From an uncultured Verrucomicrobiae bacterium (lineage in GTDB: Bacteria > Verrucomicrobiota > Verrucomicrobiia > Chthoniobacterales > UBA10450): 64,000 nucleotides of DNA. Shown in pieces: positions 54,776-64,000 of the stretch. The stretch lies in assembly GCA_963726745.1 (NCBI GenBank), contig CAVSDR010000002.1:224001-288000 (forward strand). Direction: 5' to 3'. Made by a program: the position numbers and the translations under genes. The notes beneath the pieces were generated by a model that was not told where the DNA came from, did not search any database, and was given only the letters and a program-made list of their open reading frames with translations. The stretch's first letter is position 1. The number at the start of each line of letters is the position of its first letter.

Positions 54776-55750
54776 CTAGACCAGCGCACCGCCGCAGCTC
54801 GAGCCAGCGCCGGCAGTGCAGCCGAAACAATGATCGCCGGTGAGAATCTCGCGGTGCTCGACCTCCGCGGGATCGAGGTCCCAGAGCGAAAGCGCGCGAT
54901 CGCCGTCGCGCCAGTGCAGCTTCAGCATCTGGTTGAAGTCGCAGTCAAAAACTTCGCCGGTCCAGCTGACGTTGATCGTGTTCCGGCACATCAAGCCGGC
55001 GACGGTCGCGGGATTGAAGGCGTCGTTCAAGAGCAGCATGTAATCGCCGAGCTTGTTGTTGTTCCGCAACCAGGAGGCGAAGCGCGCGACCGGCAGGTTC
55101 GTGATCGTAAATAGCTGGTTGAAGACGATCCCAAAGTGCTCGCGGAGCTCGCGCTTGTAGTCCGCTTCCAGTTCGGCTTGGGGCCCGGGGAGGACGGCGC
55201 CGTTGGGATTGAAGACGAGATGGAGTGGCAAGGCCGGATCGATCCCGTAGCCTAACGAGTTCAAGAGTTGCAGGCCCTTGATGCTGCCGTCAAAAACGCC
55301 GTCGCCGCGCTGCGCGTTCACGTTCTCCGGCGAGTAGCAGGGCATCGAGGCGATGATCTCGATCTGGTGTTGCGCGAGGAAGGCGGCGTAATCCTCAAAG
55401 CCGGGCTCGAGCAGGATGGTAAGATTGCAGCGGTCGATAATGTGCCGCGGCGGCGTAAGCGCTTTCAGCCGCTCGACGAAATACTTGAAGTCGGGAATCA
55501 TTTCCGGTGCGCCGCCGGTCAGGTCGACCGTGGGAATGTCGGTCTTCGCCAGCCAATCGATCACGCGATCGATCGTTGCGCGCGACATGATTTCCTTCCG
55601 CTTCGGCCCGGCGTTCACGTGGCAGTGAATGCAGGTGAGGTTGCACAGCTTGCCCACGTTGACCTGCAGGATCTCGGTGCGCGTGTGCCGCAGCGGCAGG
55701 CGATGCTCCGCGAGTTTGCGGGCGAAGGAATTTTCGGCGGTCAAGTTCAT
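54776..55750 (-). CDS. arsS: Arsenosugar-biosynthesis-type radical SAM protein
   Basis: LQVNVGKLCNLTCIHCHV, LTGGAPE, DCDFNQ, HCFGCTAGAGSSCGG. Confidence 0.85.
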   Translation of the reverse strand: MNLTAENSFARKLAEHRLPLRHTRTEILQVNVGKLCNLTCIHCHVNAGPKRKEIMSRATIDRVIDWLAKTDIPTVDLTGGAPEMIPDFKYFVERLKALTPPRHIIDRCNLTILLEPGFEDYAAFLAQHQIEIIASMPCYSPENVNAQRGDGVFDGSIKGLQLLNSLGYGIDPALPLHLVFNPNGAVLPGPQAELEADYKRELREHFGIVFNQLFTITNLPVARFASWLRNNNKLGDYMLLLNDAFNPATVAGLMCRNTINVSWTGEVFDCDFNQMLKLHWRDGDRALSLWDLDPAEVEHREILTGDHCFGCTAGAGSSCGGALV

Positions 55751-56865
55751 GCGAGGCGCAGGAGAGTATACGCGAGCGCGGCCAAAAGCGCAGCGCAGGG
55801 AAGGGTCACGATCCAGGAGAGGGCGATGTTGCGCATCACCCGCGGGTTACTCTGCGCGGTCGTGAGGCCGATGCCGAAAAGCGCGCCCACGGAGACATGC
55901 GTGGTCGAGACGGGAAGGCCGAAGAGGCTGGCTAAAATGACGAGCAAGCCGGTGGCCAGATTGGCCGCGAAGCCCTGGCCGTGATTCATCGCGGTGATTC
56001 GATGGCTCATGGTTTCGGCGATGCGGCGAGCATTAAGCAACCCGCCCAAGGCGATGGCGAGCGCGACCGCGAGGAAGCCCCAGCGCAGGTCGAGCGCCTG
56101 CAGGACGAGGAGCATGGCAACCATCTTCGGGGTGTCATTCAAGCCGCGCGCAAAACTGACCACGCCCGCGCTGAGGAAATGCGCCCCGTCCATCGCCGGC
56201 TGACCGCGGAGGCCGAGGAAATTGCCGGCATAACGTTCGCGGCAATCATCGAACTCGCCCACGCTCAGATTGACTGGGAACGGGCGCGAGCGCAGCGCCA
56301 GGATCGAGCCCGCCGGCTGGGCCACCACGCGTTCTTCGCGGCCAACGCAGACGCACCACTCCTTGCCCACGCCGAGGAGGACGCGCCCGGCATGCAAAAG
56401 GAAATAAAGCGCCGCGCCCAGTGCGATCGCCAGCACCGGGCCAAGCACGAGCGGAAGGAAGAAGCCTTTCCCGAGCGCGCTGAAATTGACCTGCCCGCCG
56501 ACCGCTACCAGCCCGCTGCCAACCAACGCGCCCGTGAGCGCATGCGTGGTGGAAATGGGAAACCCGAGCCGCGTCGCGAGGAGGACCGTGACCGCGGCCG
56601 CCAGGACCACCGCGAGCAAAAAAGCGGGCGAGGCCACAACGACGTCGGGCACGAGGCCTTTGCCGGAAAACTTCTTCAGCAATCCCTGCGCGAGAAAGAT
56701 GGACGCGAGCGAACCGGCAAAGGTGGTGACCGTGGCCCAGGCAATCGCGCTGCGGTAGCTGCAAGTGCGCGAGCCATAAAGGGAGGCCACGCCTTTGAAG
56801 TTATCGTTCGCCCCGTTGGACCAAGCGAGGAAGACGGTAGCGAGGAAGAGAGCGAGAGCGATCAT
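55747..56865 (-). CDS. PiT-family anion transporter
   Basis: GANDNFKG, PISTTH, GLNDTPK, PVSTTH. Confidence 0.85.
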   Translation of the reverse strand: MIALALFLATVFLAWSNGANDNFKGVASLYGSRTCSYRSAIAWATVTTFAGSLASIFLAQGLLKKFSGKGLVPDVVVASPAFLLAVVLAAAVTVLLATRLGFPISTTHALTGALVGSGLVAVGGQVNFSALGKGFFLPLVLGPVLAIALGAALYFLLHAGRVLLGVGKEWCVCVGREERVVAQPAGSILALRSRPFPVNLSVGEFDDCRERYAGNFLGLRGQPAMDGAHFLSAGVVSFARGLNDTPKMVAMLLVLQALDLRWGFLAVALAIALGGLLNARRIAETMSHRITAMNHGQGFAANLATGLLVILASLFGLPVSTTHVSVGALFGIGLTTAQSNPRVMRNIALSWIVTLPCAALLAALAYTLLRLA

Positions 56866-57740
56866 ACGCGATAGCCGGTGCGAAAGAAGAGCCGATAGAT
56901 CGCGCCGCCGCAGAGGCCGCCGACGATCGGCGCGACAAGGTAAACCGTGAGCCAGCCGAGCCCATTGGCGGTGAAGGGCACGCCGCGCCAGCCAGCAAGC
57001 GAAGAGAAGAGGCGCGGCGCGAGGTCGCGCGCGGGATTGAGGCAGGCCATGGTCATCGGGCCGAGAAGCGAGATCAGGATCGTGACCGTGAGGCCGATGG
57101 TCGCGGCCGTGAGGAGTTGCGGGCGATTGGCGTTGCGCTCGTCGGTGACGCAAAAGATCACCAGCAGGAGAATGGCGGTGCCGACGACCTCGGCGGCGAA
57201 GGCGGCGCCGGGCGAGAGAATCGCGCGTGTCTCCGGCGTGAGTGCCTTGCCGCCGGGATTCGGGAAAAATTCGCCGAAGATCATGGCAGTGGCTTCGCTC
57301 CCGGCCTCGCCGCGGATGATGTTGTGCTTCGTTTCGTAGCTACGAATGGCGCCGCCGTAGAGCGCGAAGACCATGGCCGCAGCGGCGAAAGCGCCGACTA
57401 ATTGCACGCCGATATAAGGCAGGACGAGCCGCGCGGGGAAACGCGCGAAGGCGGCCGCAGCGATCGTAACCGCGGGGTTGAGATGCGCGCTGCTGAGCGA
57501 GCCGGTGAGATAAATCGCAGTCGCCACGCCCAACCCCCAGACGATCGCGACCTGAAAGACGCCCACCTGCGCGCCGGTCGTGACCGCGGCCGCGCCGCAA
57601 CCAAGACCGAAGAAGACGAGCAGGAAGGTGCCGAAGAACTCGCCGATGACCCATTTTGGAATGGGCGTCGCAGCGAGCTCGATCTCGGCCTCGGCGTGCG
57701 GCGGCGGCTCCGGTCGCGTCGCGCGAATGAACTCGGCCAT
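56862..57740 (-). CDS. MIP channel, aquaglyceroporin type
   Basis: HLNPAVT and LNPARD. Confidence 0.9.
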   Translation of the reverse strand: MAEFIRATRPEPPPHAEAEIELAATPIPKWVIGEFFGTFLLVFFGLGCGAAAVTTGAQVGVFQVAIVWGLGVATAIYLTGSLSSAHLNPAVTIAAAAFARFPARLVLPYIGVQLVGAFAAAAMVFALYGGAIRSYETKHNIIRGEAGSEATAMIFGEFFPNPGGKALTPETRAILSPGAAFAAEVVGTAILLLVIFCVTDERNANRPQLLTAATIGLTVTILISLLGPMTMACLNPARDLAPRLFSSLAGWRGVPFTANGLGWLTVYLVAPIVGGLCGGAIYRLFFRTGYRV

Positions 57741-57753
57741 GTTGCCGGCTAAA

Positions 57754-58914
57754 TTAGCAGCAGCCGCCGGCGTCGCAGCACGAGCTCGCGTCCGTGGTGA
57801 CGGAATAATCCTGGCCCTTGGTCTCGCGCGGATGCCGGAGCGCGGTGCGGGTGCAGTCAAAGGGCTGGGCCTCCGCGAGCGGGATTTCGGTCATCGGCTC
57901 GATGAACTCGAACGACTGCGCGTAAGGCGCCTTGCGGTAGAGATTGAAGGTCTTGTCGCACACCGCGTAGCGCACGCCGCGCTCCATCCGGTGATTGTCG
58001 TCATCGAGCACTTCTCGGAAGGGACCACGATAAACGACCGCCTGGTTGCGCTCGAAACAGGGGCCCTGCTTGCCCTTGAAGGCTTCGATCGTGACCGAGC
58101 GAAACTCGATGCCTTCGACCGTTTGCCACGGCTGCGCGTCGCGCTTGAGAATCTGGATGCCGTAGAAGCCGGCCTCGCTGAACGCCTGGAGGAAGCCTTC
58201 CTCGGTGAGCGCGCCGGAGATGCAGCCGCTCCAAAGTTCTGCATCCTCCTGCAGACGCTCGGGCACTTCTTCGTCGGAAACGATATCGGAGATGACCGCG
58301 CGGCCGCCGCGGCGGAGGACGCGGAAGATTTCCTCGAAGAGCTGCCGCTTGGCCTTGGCCTCGACAAGATTGAGCACGCAGTTCGAGACGACCACATCGA
58401 CCGACTCCGTCGCGACCAGCGGAAATTTCACGCGCAATTCCTGCGCGAGTTCATCGGCGCGCAGAAAAGAAGCCGCGTCGGTGATGGGCGAGTTCTTGAG
58501 CTCGTCGTCTAATTTATCGAGATCGAGCGCGAGGTCCTGGATGCGGCCTTTGCGAAACTCGACATTGGCGTAGCCGAGGCGCTCGGCCACGATCGGCGCG
58601 TTCCGCCGCGCGACGCTGAGCATCTCATCGGTCATGTCGACCCCAATCACTTTGCCGGAAGAGCCGACCACTTGCGCGGCGATGAAGCAGATTTTCCCGG
58701 TGCCGCTGCCGAGATCGAGCACGGTTTCGCCGGCCTGCAGATACTTGCTCGGGTCGCCGCAGCCGTAATCGCGCTCGATCACTTCGGCGGGAATGATCTT
58801 GAGGAACTGCGGGTCGTAGTCGACCGGGCAGCAAAGCTTCGCTTCTGCGGCTTGCGCGCCGGCGGCGTAACGTTCGCGGACGGCGCTTTCGGGATTCAAT
58901 TTGGGGGTGCTCAT
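57754..58914 (-). CDS. arsM: ArsM-like SAM-dependent methyltransferase
   Basis: LCCP, YGCGDP, LDLGSGTG, GVDMTDEML, SNCVLNL, WSGCISGAL, terminal CC. Confidence 0.8.
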   Translation of the reverse strand: MSTPKLNPESAVRERYAAGAQAAEAKLCCPVDYDPQFLKIIPAEVIERDYGCGDPSKYLQAGETVLDLGSGTGKICFIAAQVVGSSGKVIGVDMTDEMLSVARRNAPIVAERLGYANVEFRKGRIQDLALDLDKLDDELKNSPITDAASFLRADELAQELRVKFPLVATESVDVVVSNCVLNLVEAKAKRQLFEEIFRVLRRGGRAVISDIVSDEEVPERLQEDAELWSGCISGALTEEGFLQAFSEAGFYGIQILKRDAQPWQTVEGIEFRSVTIEAFKGKQGPCFERNQAVVYRGPFREVLDDDNHRMERGVRYAVCDKTFNLYRKAPYAQSFEFIEPMTEIPLAEAQPFDCTRTALRHPRETKGQDYSVTTDASSCCDAGGCC

Positions 58915-59061
58915 AACTTTTTCGGCGCAGGCGCTCGCCTGTCCTAGCGGCTATCCGTCGTTGATACAAAAACGGATGCAACCGGGCGATAAGAGTTTTC
59001 ATCGCGCCGGGCGGCGCTGGAGGATTGCGCACCGCAGTTCGAGCGCTACTCTGCCGGGCAT

Positions 59062-59295
59062 ATGAACGCTCCTGACCCCGCTCCCACCACGCGCGCCCGC
59101 TCGATTTCGCCCGAAGCCTTGATCGGGACCGGGATCACGATCGCGATGGTTGGATTGCTTTTCCTCCTGCTCGGCTGGGCGCAATACATGCGCCTGGTGC
59201 ACGACGCGGCCATGATCCTCGGCGCGTTGGGCGCGGCGCTCGCGCTCCTCGGCGTGATCATCTGGATCAGCGGCGCAGCGAAGCAGCGGAATTAG
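59062..59295 (+). CDS. Small two-TM protein
   Basis: Two hydrophobic helices. Confidence 0.6.
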   Translation: MNAPDPAPTTRARSISPEALIGTGITIAMVGLLFLLLGWAQYMRLVHDAAMILGALGAALALLGVIIWISGAAKQRN

Positions 59296-59299
59296 CCAG

Positions 59300-60895
59300 C
59301 TAGCTGGGGGCGCCAAGTTTGTCGGTGCGCGCTTTCACGATTGCGCGGACGAGCTCGGCTGGATCGACTGGCTTGGTCAGGTATTGATCGAAGCCGCACT
59401 CGAGGGCGCGGGCGCGATCCTGCGCGCTGGCATAAGCGGTCAGGGCAATGATGGGCAGCAGCTGGCCGTTGTGTTGCTCGTGCGTGCGGAGCGTGCGCAC
59501 AAAGGCGTAGCCATCCACGCCCGGCATGGCGACATCGCTCACGATCACATCGGGATGCACCTCGGGCATGAGCGCGAGGGCATCGGCCACGGACTCGGCC
59601 ACGGTCACGGAGGCGCCGCATTTCGTCAGCGTGAGGGCGACGATCTCCCGCACACTCGCTTCGTCGTCCACCACCATCACGTGCACGCCGCGCAGGCAAT
59701 TTTCCGGGAAGTTCCGCTCCGTTGCCGCGAGCTCGCGGAGCGGTTTTGCCTGCCGGGTGTCGAGCGCCACGATCGGCAACAGGACGGTGAAAGTGCTGCC
59801 TCTTCCTTCGCCTTCGCTTGCGACTTCGATTTGCCCGCCATGCATCATGACGAGCTGATGCGCGATCGTGAGCCCAAGTCCGAGTCCGCCGTGATGGCGC
59901 GTGGAACTGCTGTCGCCCTGGCGGAAACGCTCGAAAATATGCGGCAATAAATCCGGGCCGATCCCTTTGCCGGTATCGGTCACCTGAATGACGGCGTGGG
60001 CGCGTTCGCGCACTGCGCGCAAGCGCACATGGCCGCCGCGCGGGGTGAACTTGACCGCGTTCGTGAGAAGATTCAGCACGACCTGCTGGAGGCGCATGGC
60101 GTCGGCCTCGACCAGGAGGTGATCCTCGTCGCCGAGCGCGATCTCGAGGCTCACGCCTTTCAAATCGGCCGAAGGACGAACCGCTTCGAGCGCCTCGCGG
60201 ACGACACTGATGAGGTCGAGCACGGTGCGGTCGAGGGTGAGCTTGTGATTGATGATGCGGGTAATATCGAGCACGTCCTCGATCAACCGCGCCTGGGACT
60301 CGGCGTTGCGCATGATCGAGTTGACCGCCTCCACTCGCTCCTCTTCGCTGAGGACGTTTTCCTGCATCAGGCGCGTCCAGCCGAAGACGGCATTCAAAGG
60401 CGTGCGCAGCTCGTGTGAGATCATGCCGAGGAACTGATCCTTGTGGCGGTTCTCGCGGCGCATGTCGTCGCGCGCCTGGCGGAGCGCTTCCGCGGCCAGC
60501 TTTTGCTCGTGGATATCGGTGCAGGTGCCGAACCAGTTCACGATCTCGCCCGCGTCATTCCGGAAAGGAAGCGAGCGTCCGAGGAACCAGCGATACTCGC
60601 CATCGCTCGCGCGCCGGAGGCGGAACTCGATTTCGTAGGGCAGGTCGGTGCGCATGGCTTCGTCCCAGGCGCTGTTGGCGCGCTCGCGATCTTCCGGATG
60701 GAGGAGATGATTCCACGCATCTTTCCCCGAGGTTTCCAGGGTGAGCCCGGTGTATTCGGTCCAGCGGCGATTATAAAACTCGTGCGAGCCATCGGGCCGC
60801 GCGACCCAGACGATTTGCGGCAGGTTGTCCGCCAGGGTGCGCAGGATCTCGAGTTCGCGCGGGAAGAGTTCAGCCTCGGTGGGCAGGTCGTTCAT
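59300..60895 (-). CDS. PAS hybrid histidine kinase/receiver
   Basis: HPEDR PAS/PAC, SHELRTPL, NAVKFT, GLGLGL, receiver domain. Confidence 0.92.
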   Translation of the reverse strand: MNDLPTEAELFPRELEILRTLADNLPQIVWVARPDGSHEFYNRRWTEYTGLTLETSGKDAWNHLLHPEDRERANSAWDEAMRTDLPYEIEFRLRRASDGEYRWFLGRSLPFRNDAGEIVNWFGTCTDIHEQKLAAEALRQARDDMRRENRHKDQFLGMISHELRTPLNAVFGWTRLMQENVLSEEERVEAVNSIMRNAESQARLIEDVLDITRIINHKLTLDRTVLDLISVVREALEAVRPSADLKGVSLEIALGDEDHLLVEADAMRLQQVVLNLLTNAVKFTPRGGHVRLRAVRERAHAVIQVTDTGKGIGPDLLPHIFERFRQGDSSSTRHHGGLGLGLTIAHQLVMMHGGQIEVASEGEGRGSTFTVLLPIVALDTRQAKPLRELAATERNFPENCLRGVHVMVVDDEASVREIVALTLTKCGASVTVAESVADALALMPEVHPDVIVSDVAMPGVDGYAFVRTLRTHEQHNGQLLPIIALTAYASAQDRARALECGFDQYLTKPVDPAELVRAIVKARTDKLGAPS

Positions 60896-60981
60896 GGAGG
60901 GCGCGAGGGACACTTCGTCTTTTTGGGAGCACGAATTGTTCTTAAAAACCGCTCCGCCTGTCCACCGGGAAAGTGCGCCAA

Positions 60982-61548
60982 TCAATCCGCGCCGGAGACC
61001 TCGAGGGCATAACGGCGCCGGATGCTGGAGCCAAGTGCCCGAATATCGGCGCCGTAGACATGCACCGAGACGGCCGTCTCCTGGCCGGCATTGGCTACCC
61101 GATGAATGTCGCCCGGCGGGATCAGCGCGGCGACCGATCCGCCAGGATTTACCTGGTGGCCTCCGGGAAGCAGATGGAGGGTGCCATTTTCCCCAGCGAG
61201 AGTGTAAACCGTCTCGGACTCCTCGCCGCGATGCACTCCGACGACACACCAGGAAACGTGATCGTGGATCGGCGTTGACTGTCCCGGCAGCCAGACCAGG
61301 GCGACGACCGAAAAACTGCCGTCCTCTTCCACGTGGAGAACGTGCTGGCAATAATCGCAGGTCGTGGGCGCAAGTTCCGCCAGCGCGAGAAAATCCTCGC
61401 GACCCAGCAGCGGTCGAAGCAGGTCGGCCACCATTGTTCCGACCGCGTGGTCATCCAGCCCGCCCTGCACGGCGGACCGCACGTCTTCCACAAATTTGCG
61501 GAAGGCCGGCGTTTTTTCGCTGCGCGTTGCTTCGATCGTGACAGCCAT
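60982..61548 (-). CDS. Cysteine dioxygenase-family cupin
   Basis: TPIHDH, DIHRV, SVHVY. Confidence 0.85.
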   Translation of the reverse strand: MAVTIEATRSEKTPAFRKFVEDVRSAVQGGLDDHAVGTMVADLLRPLLGREDFLALAELAPTTCDYCQHVLHVEEDGSFSVVALVWLPGQSTPIHDHVSWCVVGVHRGEESETVYTLAGENGTLHLLPGGHQVNPGGSVAALIPPGDIHRVANAGQETAVSVHVYGADIRALGSSIRRRYALEVSGAD

Positions 61549-61571
61549 TTGCTTTCTTCGACTCCCGAAAG

Positions 61572-61617
61572 TTCACTACCTCCGCCGCCGACGTTTGTCG
61601 ACGGCGGAGAAGTGAAA
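61572..61617. terminator. Long intergenic hairpin, probable terminator
   Basis: TTCACT..CTCCGCCGCCGAC-GTTT-GTCGACGGCGGAG.AGTGAA. Confidence 0.55.
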
Positions 61618-61640
61618 GGCCGCGCGCGTGAAAGGGCTGG

Positions 61641-63740
61641 CTATTTTGTCTTCACGATGGTGGCCGAGGCCGTGCGGGTCAGCGCAGGCGAGCCGCCGGT
61701 GCCGGTGACGGTGAAGTTGTAAGTGCCTTTCGCGGTCGAGCTGGCCACGTTCACGCTCAAGGTTGAAGACGTGGTCGCCGGGTTCGGGCTGAACGAAGCA
61801 GTCACGCCCGGAGGCAGCGCCGAAACGCTCAAAGTAACCGGCGAATTGAAGCCATTACTCTGCGTAATCTGCACCGTGTAGGTGACCGTGCCGCCGCTGC
61901 GATTCACGCTGCGCGAGGAGGGGCTGATGGTGAGCGTGTAATTAGGTGCCGGCGTTGGTGTCGGCGTCGCACTTGGCGTTGCCGTCGGAGTCGGCGTGGC
62001 GCTTGGCGTTGCGGTCGGAGTGGGAGTCGGAGTCGGACTGCCGCTCGCGATCTTGAAACTGCCGATGCGGGTGCGCCAGTTGTACGTCCCCGTGGTCGCG
62101 TAGTATTCGCTCGTGAACCAGAAGGTGCTGTCGTCTACCGGATCGACCGTGAGCGAGGCATAGTCGCCCCAGCGGTTGCCGGTGCCGCTCTGGCTGCCGG
62201 TGCCGTCGTAAAGGTGCGTCTCGCCCTGCGTGAGGGTGTTCAAGGGATCATTGGCAAGACGTGCGTTGTAGCGCAGCTGCGGGTTGATCGATGAACTCGA
62301 AGCGCTGTAGGCGAGGGCAATGTTTCCCTGGCCATCCATGGCCGTGCTCGGGATCCAACGCCAGGTCGTGTCCGGTTGGTAGGTGCTCTCCTGGTAGACC
62401 TGCACCGGGCCCGCGGTCACGCCGCGAAGCTCGAACCAGCGAATGCCGGCCACGCCGTTCGCGCTCACCGTGTAGGCGCCCACGACCGCTTCATGATCGC
62501 CGAAGTTGCGATAGGCCAGGCGGAACATGAGACGATCGCCGCTGGCATCGAGATTATTCGCCGAGGTCACGCCAGCTTGCGGCACGCAGGCACGCGTGCT
62601 CGGGCAGAGCATGGTGAAGCCAGCGGCCGGCGGATTGGCAAAGGTGGTGAAGGTGGAGTTCGCCGGCGTGGTGAAGTCGGCGTGGAAATGATACGTCGTG
62701 TAGTTCGGGCTGGTCGATTGGCCTGGGAAACCGACGAACGTCGCGGGCGCACCGCTCGGCGGCAGCGTGGGACCATCGAGATCGGCCGGCAGGAACGGAT
62801 CGACCGTCCCGCCGAGCGGGGCCTTCGGACTAACGAAGGTAGCCGGCTGGTTAACCAGCATCTTGGCACGATCGAAAGCAAACGCCTGCGGCCCGAGATA
62901 GGAAGTGCCGGCGGCGTTGAAGACGTTCATGCTCATATAATAGCCGTCCGGCCACACGCTCAGGTGCGGGTAATCGTAGAAGTTTGAGCCGAGATGGAAG
63001 CCGTAGCGCGCGTAGGTCCCGGTTGCGTCCGCCGTCGTCGAGATGGCCACGCACTCGTCGGTGATCGCACCGTTTGAGGTTGCCTTGGCAAATTGGCTGA
63101 TCAGCCAGCGATCGGCCAGCCGGTCATACAGCACCACCGGATCCCCCGAGCCGCCGGTCTCGCAAGCGCCGCCAAAGCCGGTCCAAATCGAGGAGATGCT
63201 CTTCGGCCCGAGCACGGAAGCGCCCGTCACTTTATCGAAGACTTGATAGCCTTCGTTGACGATCTGGACGTACTGCGTTTTGCCCACGGCGCCGTTCGTA
63301 TCCGGCGGCGCGCAGCTGCAACCAACGCCAGGGAAGGGGATGCCATCGAAATTTTGAATTGGCGCGCTCAAGCTCGGCGCGAGGGCGTTGAGCACTGAGG
63401 CGCGCCCGACCTGCTCGTGCTGAATCACCGGGTCGGCCACGTCTTCGTGGCGCCGCGGGATTTGCGGGTTCTCATTCGCTTCGTGCTCCTCTTTATAAGA
63501 GCGGCGATTTGGATTCTCCGGGATGTCCCGCGCTGCCGGCGAGATGTCATTCTTGTAGGAAACCCCCACGTCCATCGGCGGACTCTCTCGTCGCTGGCTG
63601 GCCTCCTGGGCCAGGGCGTGGCTGGGGCCGAAGACGCCGAGACCGAGAAGCGCAAGCAGGCAGGCGCAACCCGCGAGCAACAAGGCGGCGAGCACGCGAA
63701 GATGGAAGAAGGCAGAACGCGACGAGGTTTTCTTTTTCAT
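61641..63740 (-). CDS. Large secreted protein with Pro/Thr linker and C-terminal Ig-like domain
   Basis: Signal peptide; PPDTNGAVG, RWGDY; (PT)n linker at about 61950-62040. Confidence 0.85.
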   Translation of the reverse strand: MKKKTSSRSAFFHLRVLAALLLAGCACLLALLGLGVFGPSHALAQEASQRRESPPMDVGVSYKNDISPAARDIPENPNRRSYKEEHEANENPQIPRRHEDVADPVIQHEQVGRASVLNALAPSLSAPIQNFDGIPFPGVGCSCAPPDTNGAVGKTQYVQIVNEGYQVFDKVTGASVLGPKSISSIWTGFGGACETGGSGDPVVLYDRLADRWLISQFAKATSNGAITDECVAISTTADATGTYARYGFHLGSNFYDYPHLSVWPDGYYMSMNVFNAAGTSYLGPQAFAFDRAKMLVNQPATFVSPKAPLGGTVDPFLPADLDGPTLPPSGAPATFVGFPGQSTSPNYTTYHFHADFTTPANSTFTTFANPPAAGFTMLCPSTRACVPQAGVTSANNLDASGDRLMFRLAYRNFGDHEAVVGAYTVSANGVAGIRWFELRGVTAGPVQVYQESTYQPDTTWRWIPSTAMDGQGNIALAYSASSSSINPQLRYNARLANDPLNTLTQGETHLYDGTGSQSGTGNRWGDYASLTVDPVDDSTFWFTSEYYATTGTYNWRTRIGSFKIASGSPTPTPTPTATPSATPTPTATPSATPTPTPAPNYTLTISPSSRSVNRSGGTVTYTVQITQSNGFNSPVTLSVSALPPGVTASFSPNPATTSSTLSVNVASSTAKGTYNFTVTGTGGSPALTRTASATIVKTK

Positions 63741-63844
63741 AATAGAGAGAGAACTGGCTCCCGTTTCTACGCCCGTTTCTTACGTGAGTTGAGTTATTTT
63801 TCCGTAATCCTCTCCGCCCTCCGGCCGCGCGCGTAGAGTAGTGC

Positions 63845-64000
63845 ATGAATCCCGCTCTCCTCTGGCGTGCCACCCGCGCTTACTCGCTCCCGGCGAGTGT
63901 CGTTCCAGTCTCGTTAGGCACGGTGCTGGCCGCGCGCGGCTACGGGGCGCTCGGCGGCGGGGCCTTCCACGCCGGCACTTTTGCGCTCACTCTTCTGGGC
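63845..64000 (+). CDS. menA: UbiA-family prenyltransferase (MenA-like), truncated by the window edge
   Basis: MNPALLWRATRAYSLPASVVPVSLG. Confidence 0.6.
   Translation, partial: MNPALLWRATRAYSLPASVVPVSLGTVLAARGYGALGGGAFHAGTFALTLLG

Noticed and set aside
54776..54830. Selenocysteine in ArsS or ArsM C-termini
   Set aside because: Cys codons are present and the stops are TAG and TAA, with no in-frame TGA
61950..62040. 30-bp tandem repeat
   Set aside because: Ordinary Pro/Thr linker coding sequence

Overview
High-GC bacterial chromosomal window, probably from a soil Verrucomicrobiota (Chthoniobacterales-like) genome; this is inferred from the PEP-CTERM/VPDSG-type sorting proteins and the gene repertoire. 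It holds about 65 CDS and two tRNAs (Asn-GTT and initiator Met-CAT). At least eight otherwise intact genes carry 1-nt frameshifts, most likely long-read indel errors. The housekeeping blocks are proBA, a 2-oxoacid:ferredoxin oxidoreductase, a CM-PDT-ACT-DAHP synthase fusion, pfk-ppk2-ldh and menA. Accessory islets: a MORC-like ATPase next to a duplicated eamA 5' end (1-3.7 kb), and a LuxR-HTH / 21-bp tandem array / uncharacterised gene cassette followed by mrr and a PIN toxin-antitoxin pair (28.8-33.1 kb). Main findings: (1) a translationally coupled arsM-aquaglyceroporin-PiT-arsS operon that looks like arsenic uptake plus arsenosugar synthesis; (2) a strongly over-represented non-palindromic octamer CCTAACGA, with 26 exact copies counted by eye on both strands, plus a sister motif TTAGCCAGC; (3) the 12 x 21-bp array cassette; (4) a SEC-C/coiled-coil/RelE-like fusion; (5) a TIR-like gene paired with an SPFH-HTH gene; (6) tandem secreted vanadium haloperoxidases. 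All family calls come from motif recognition; no database searches were run.
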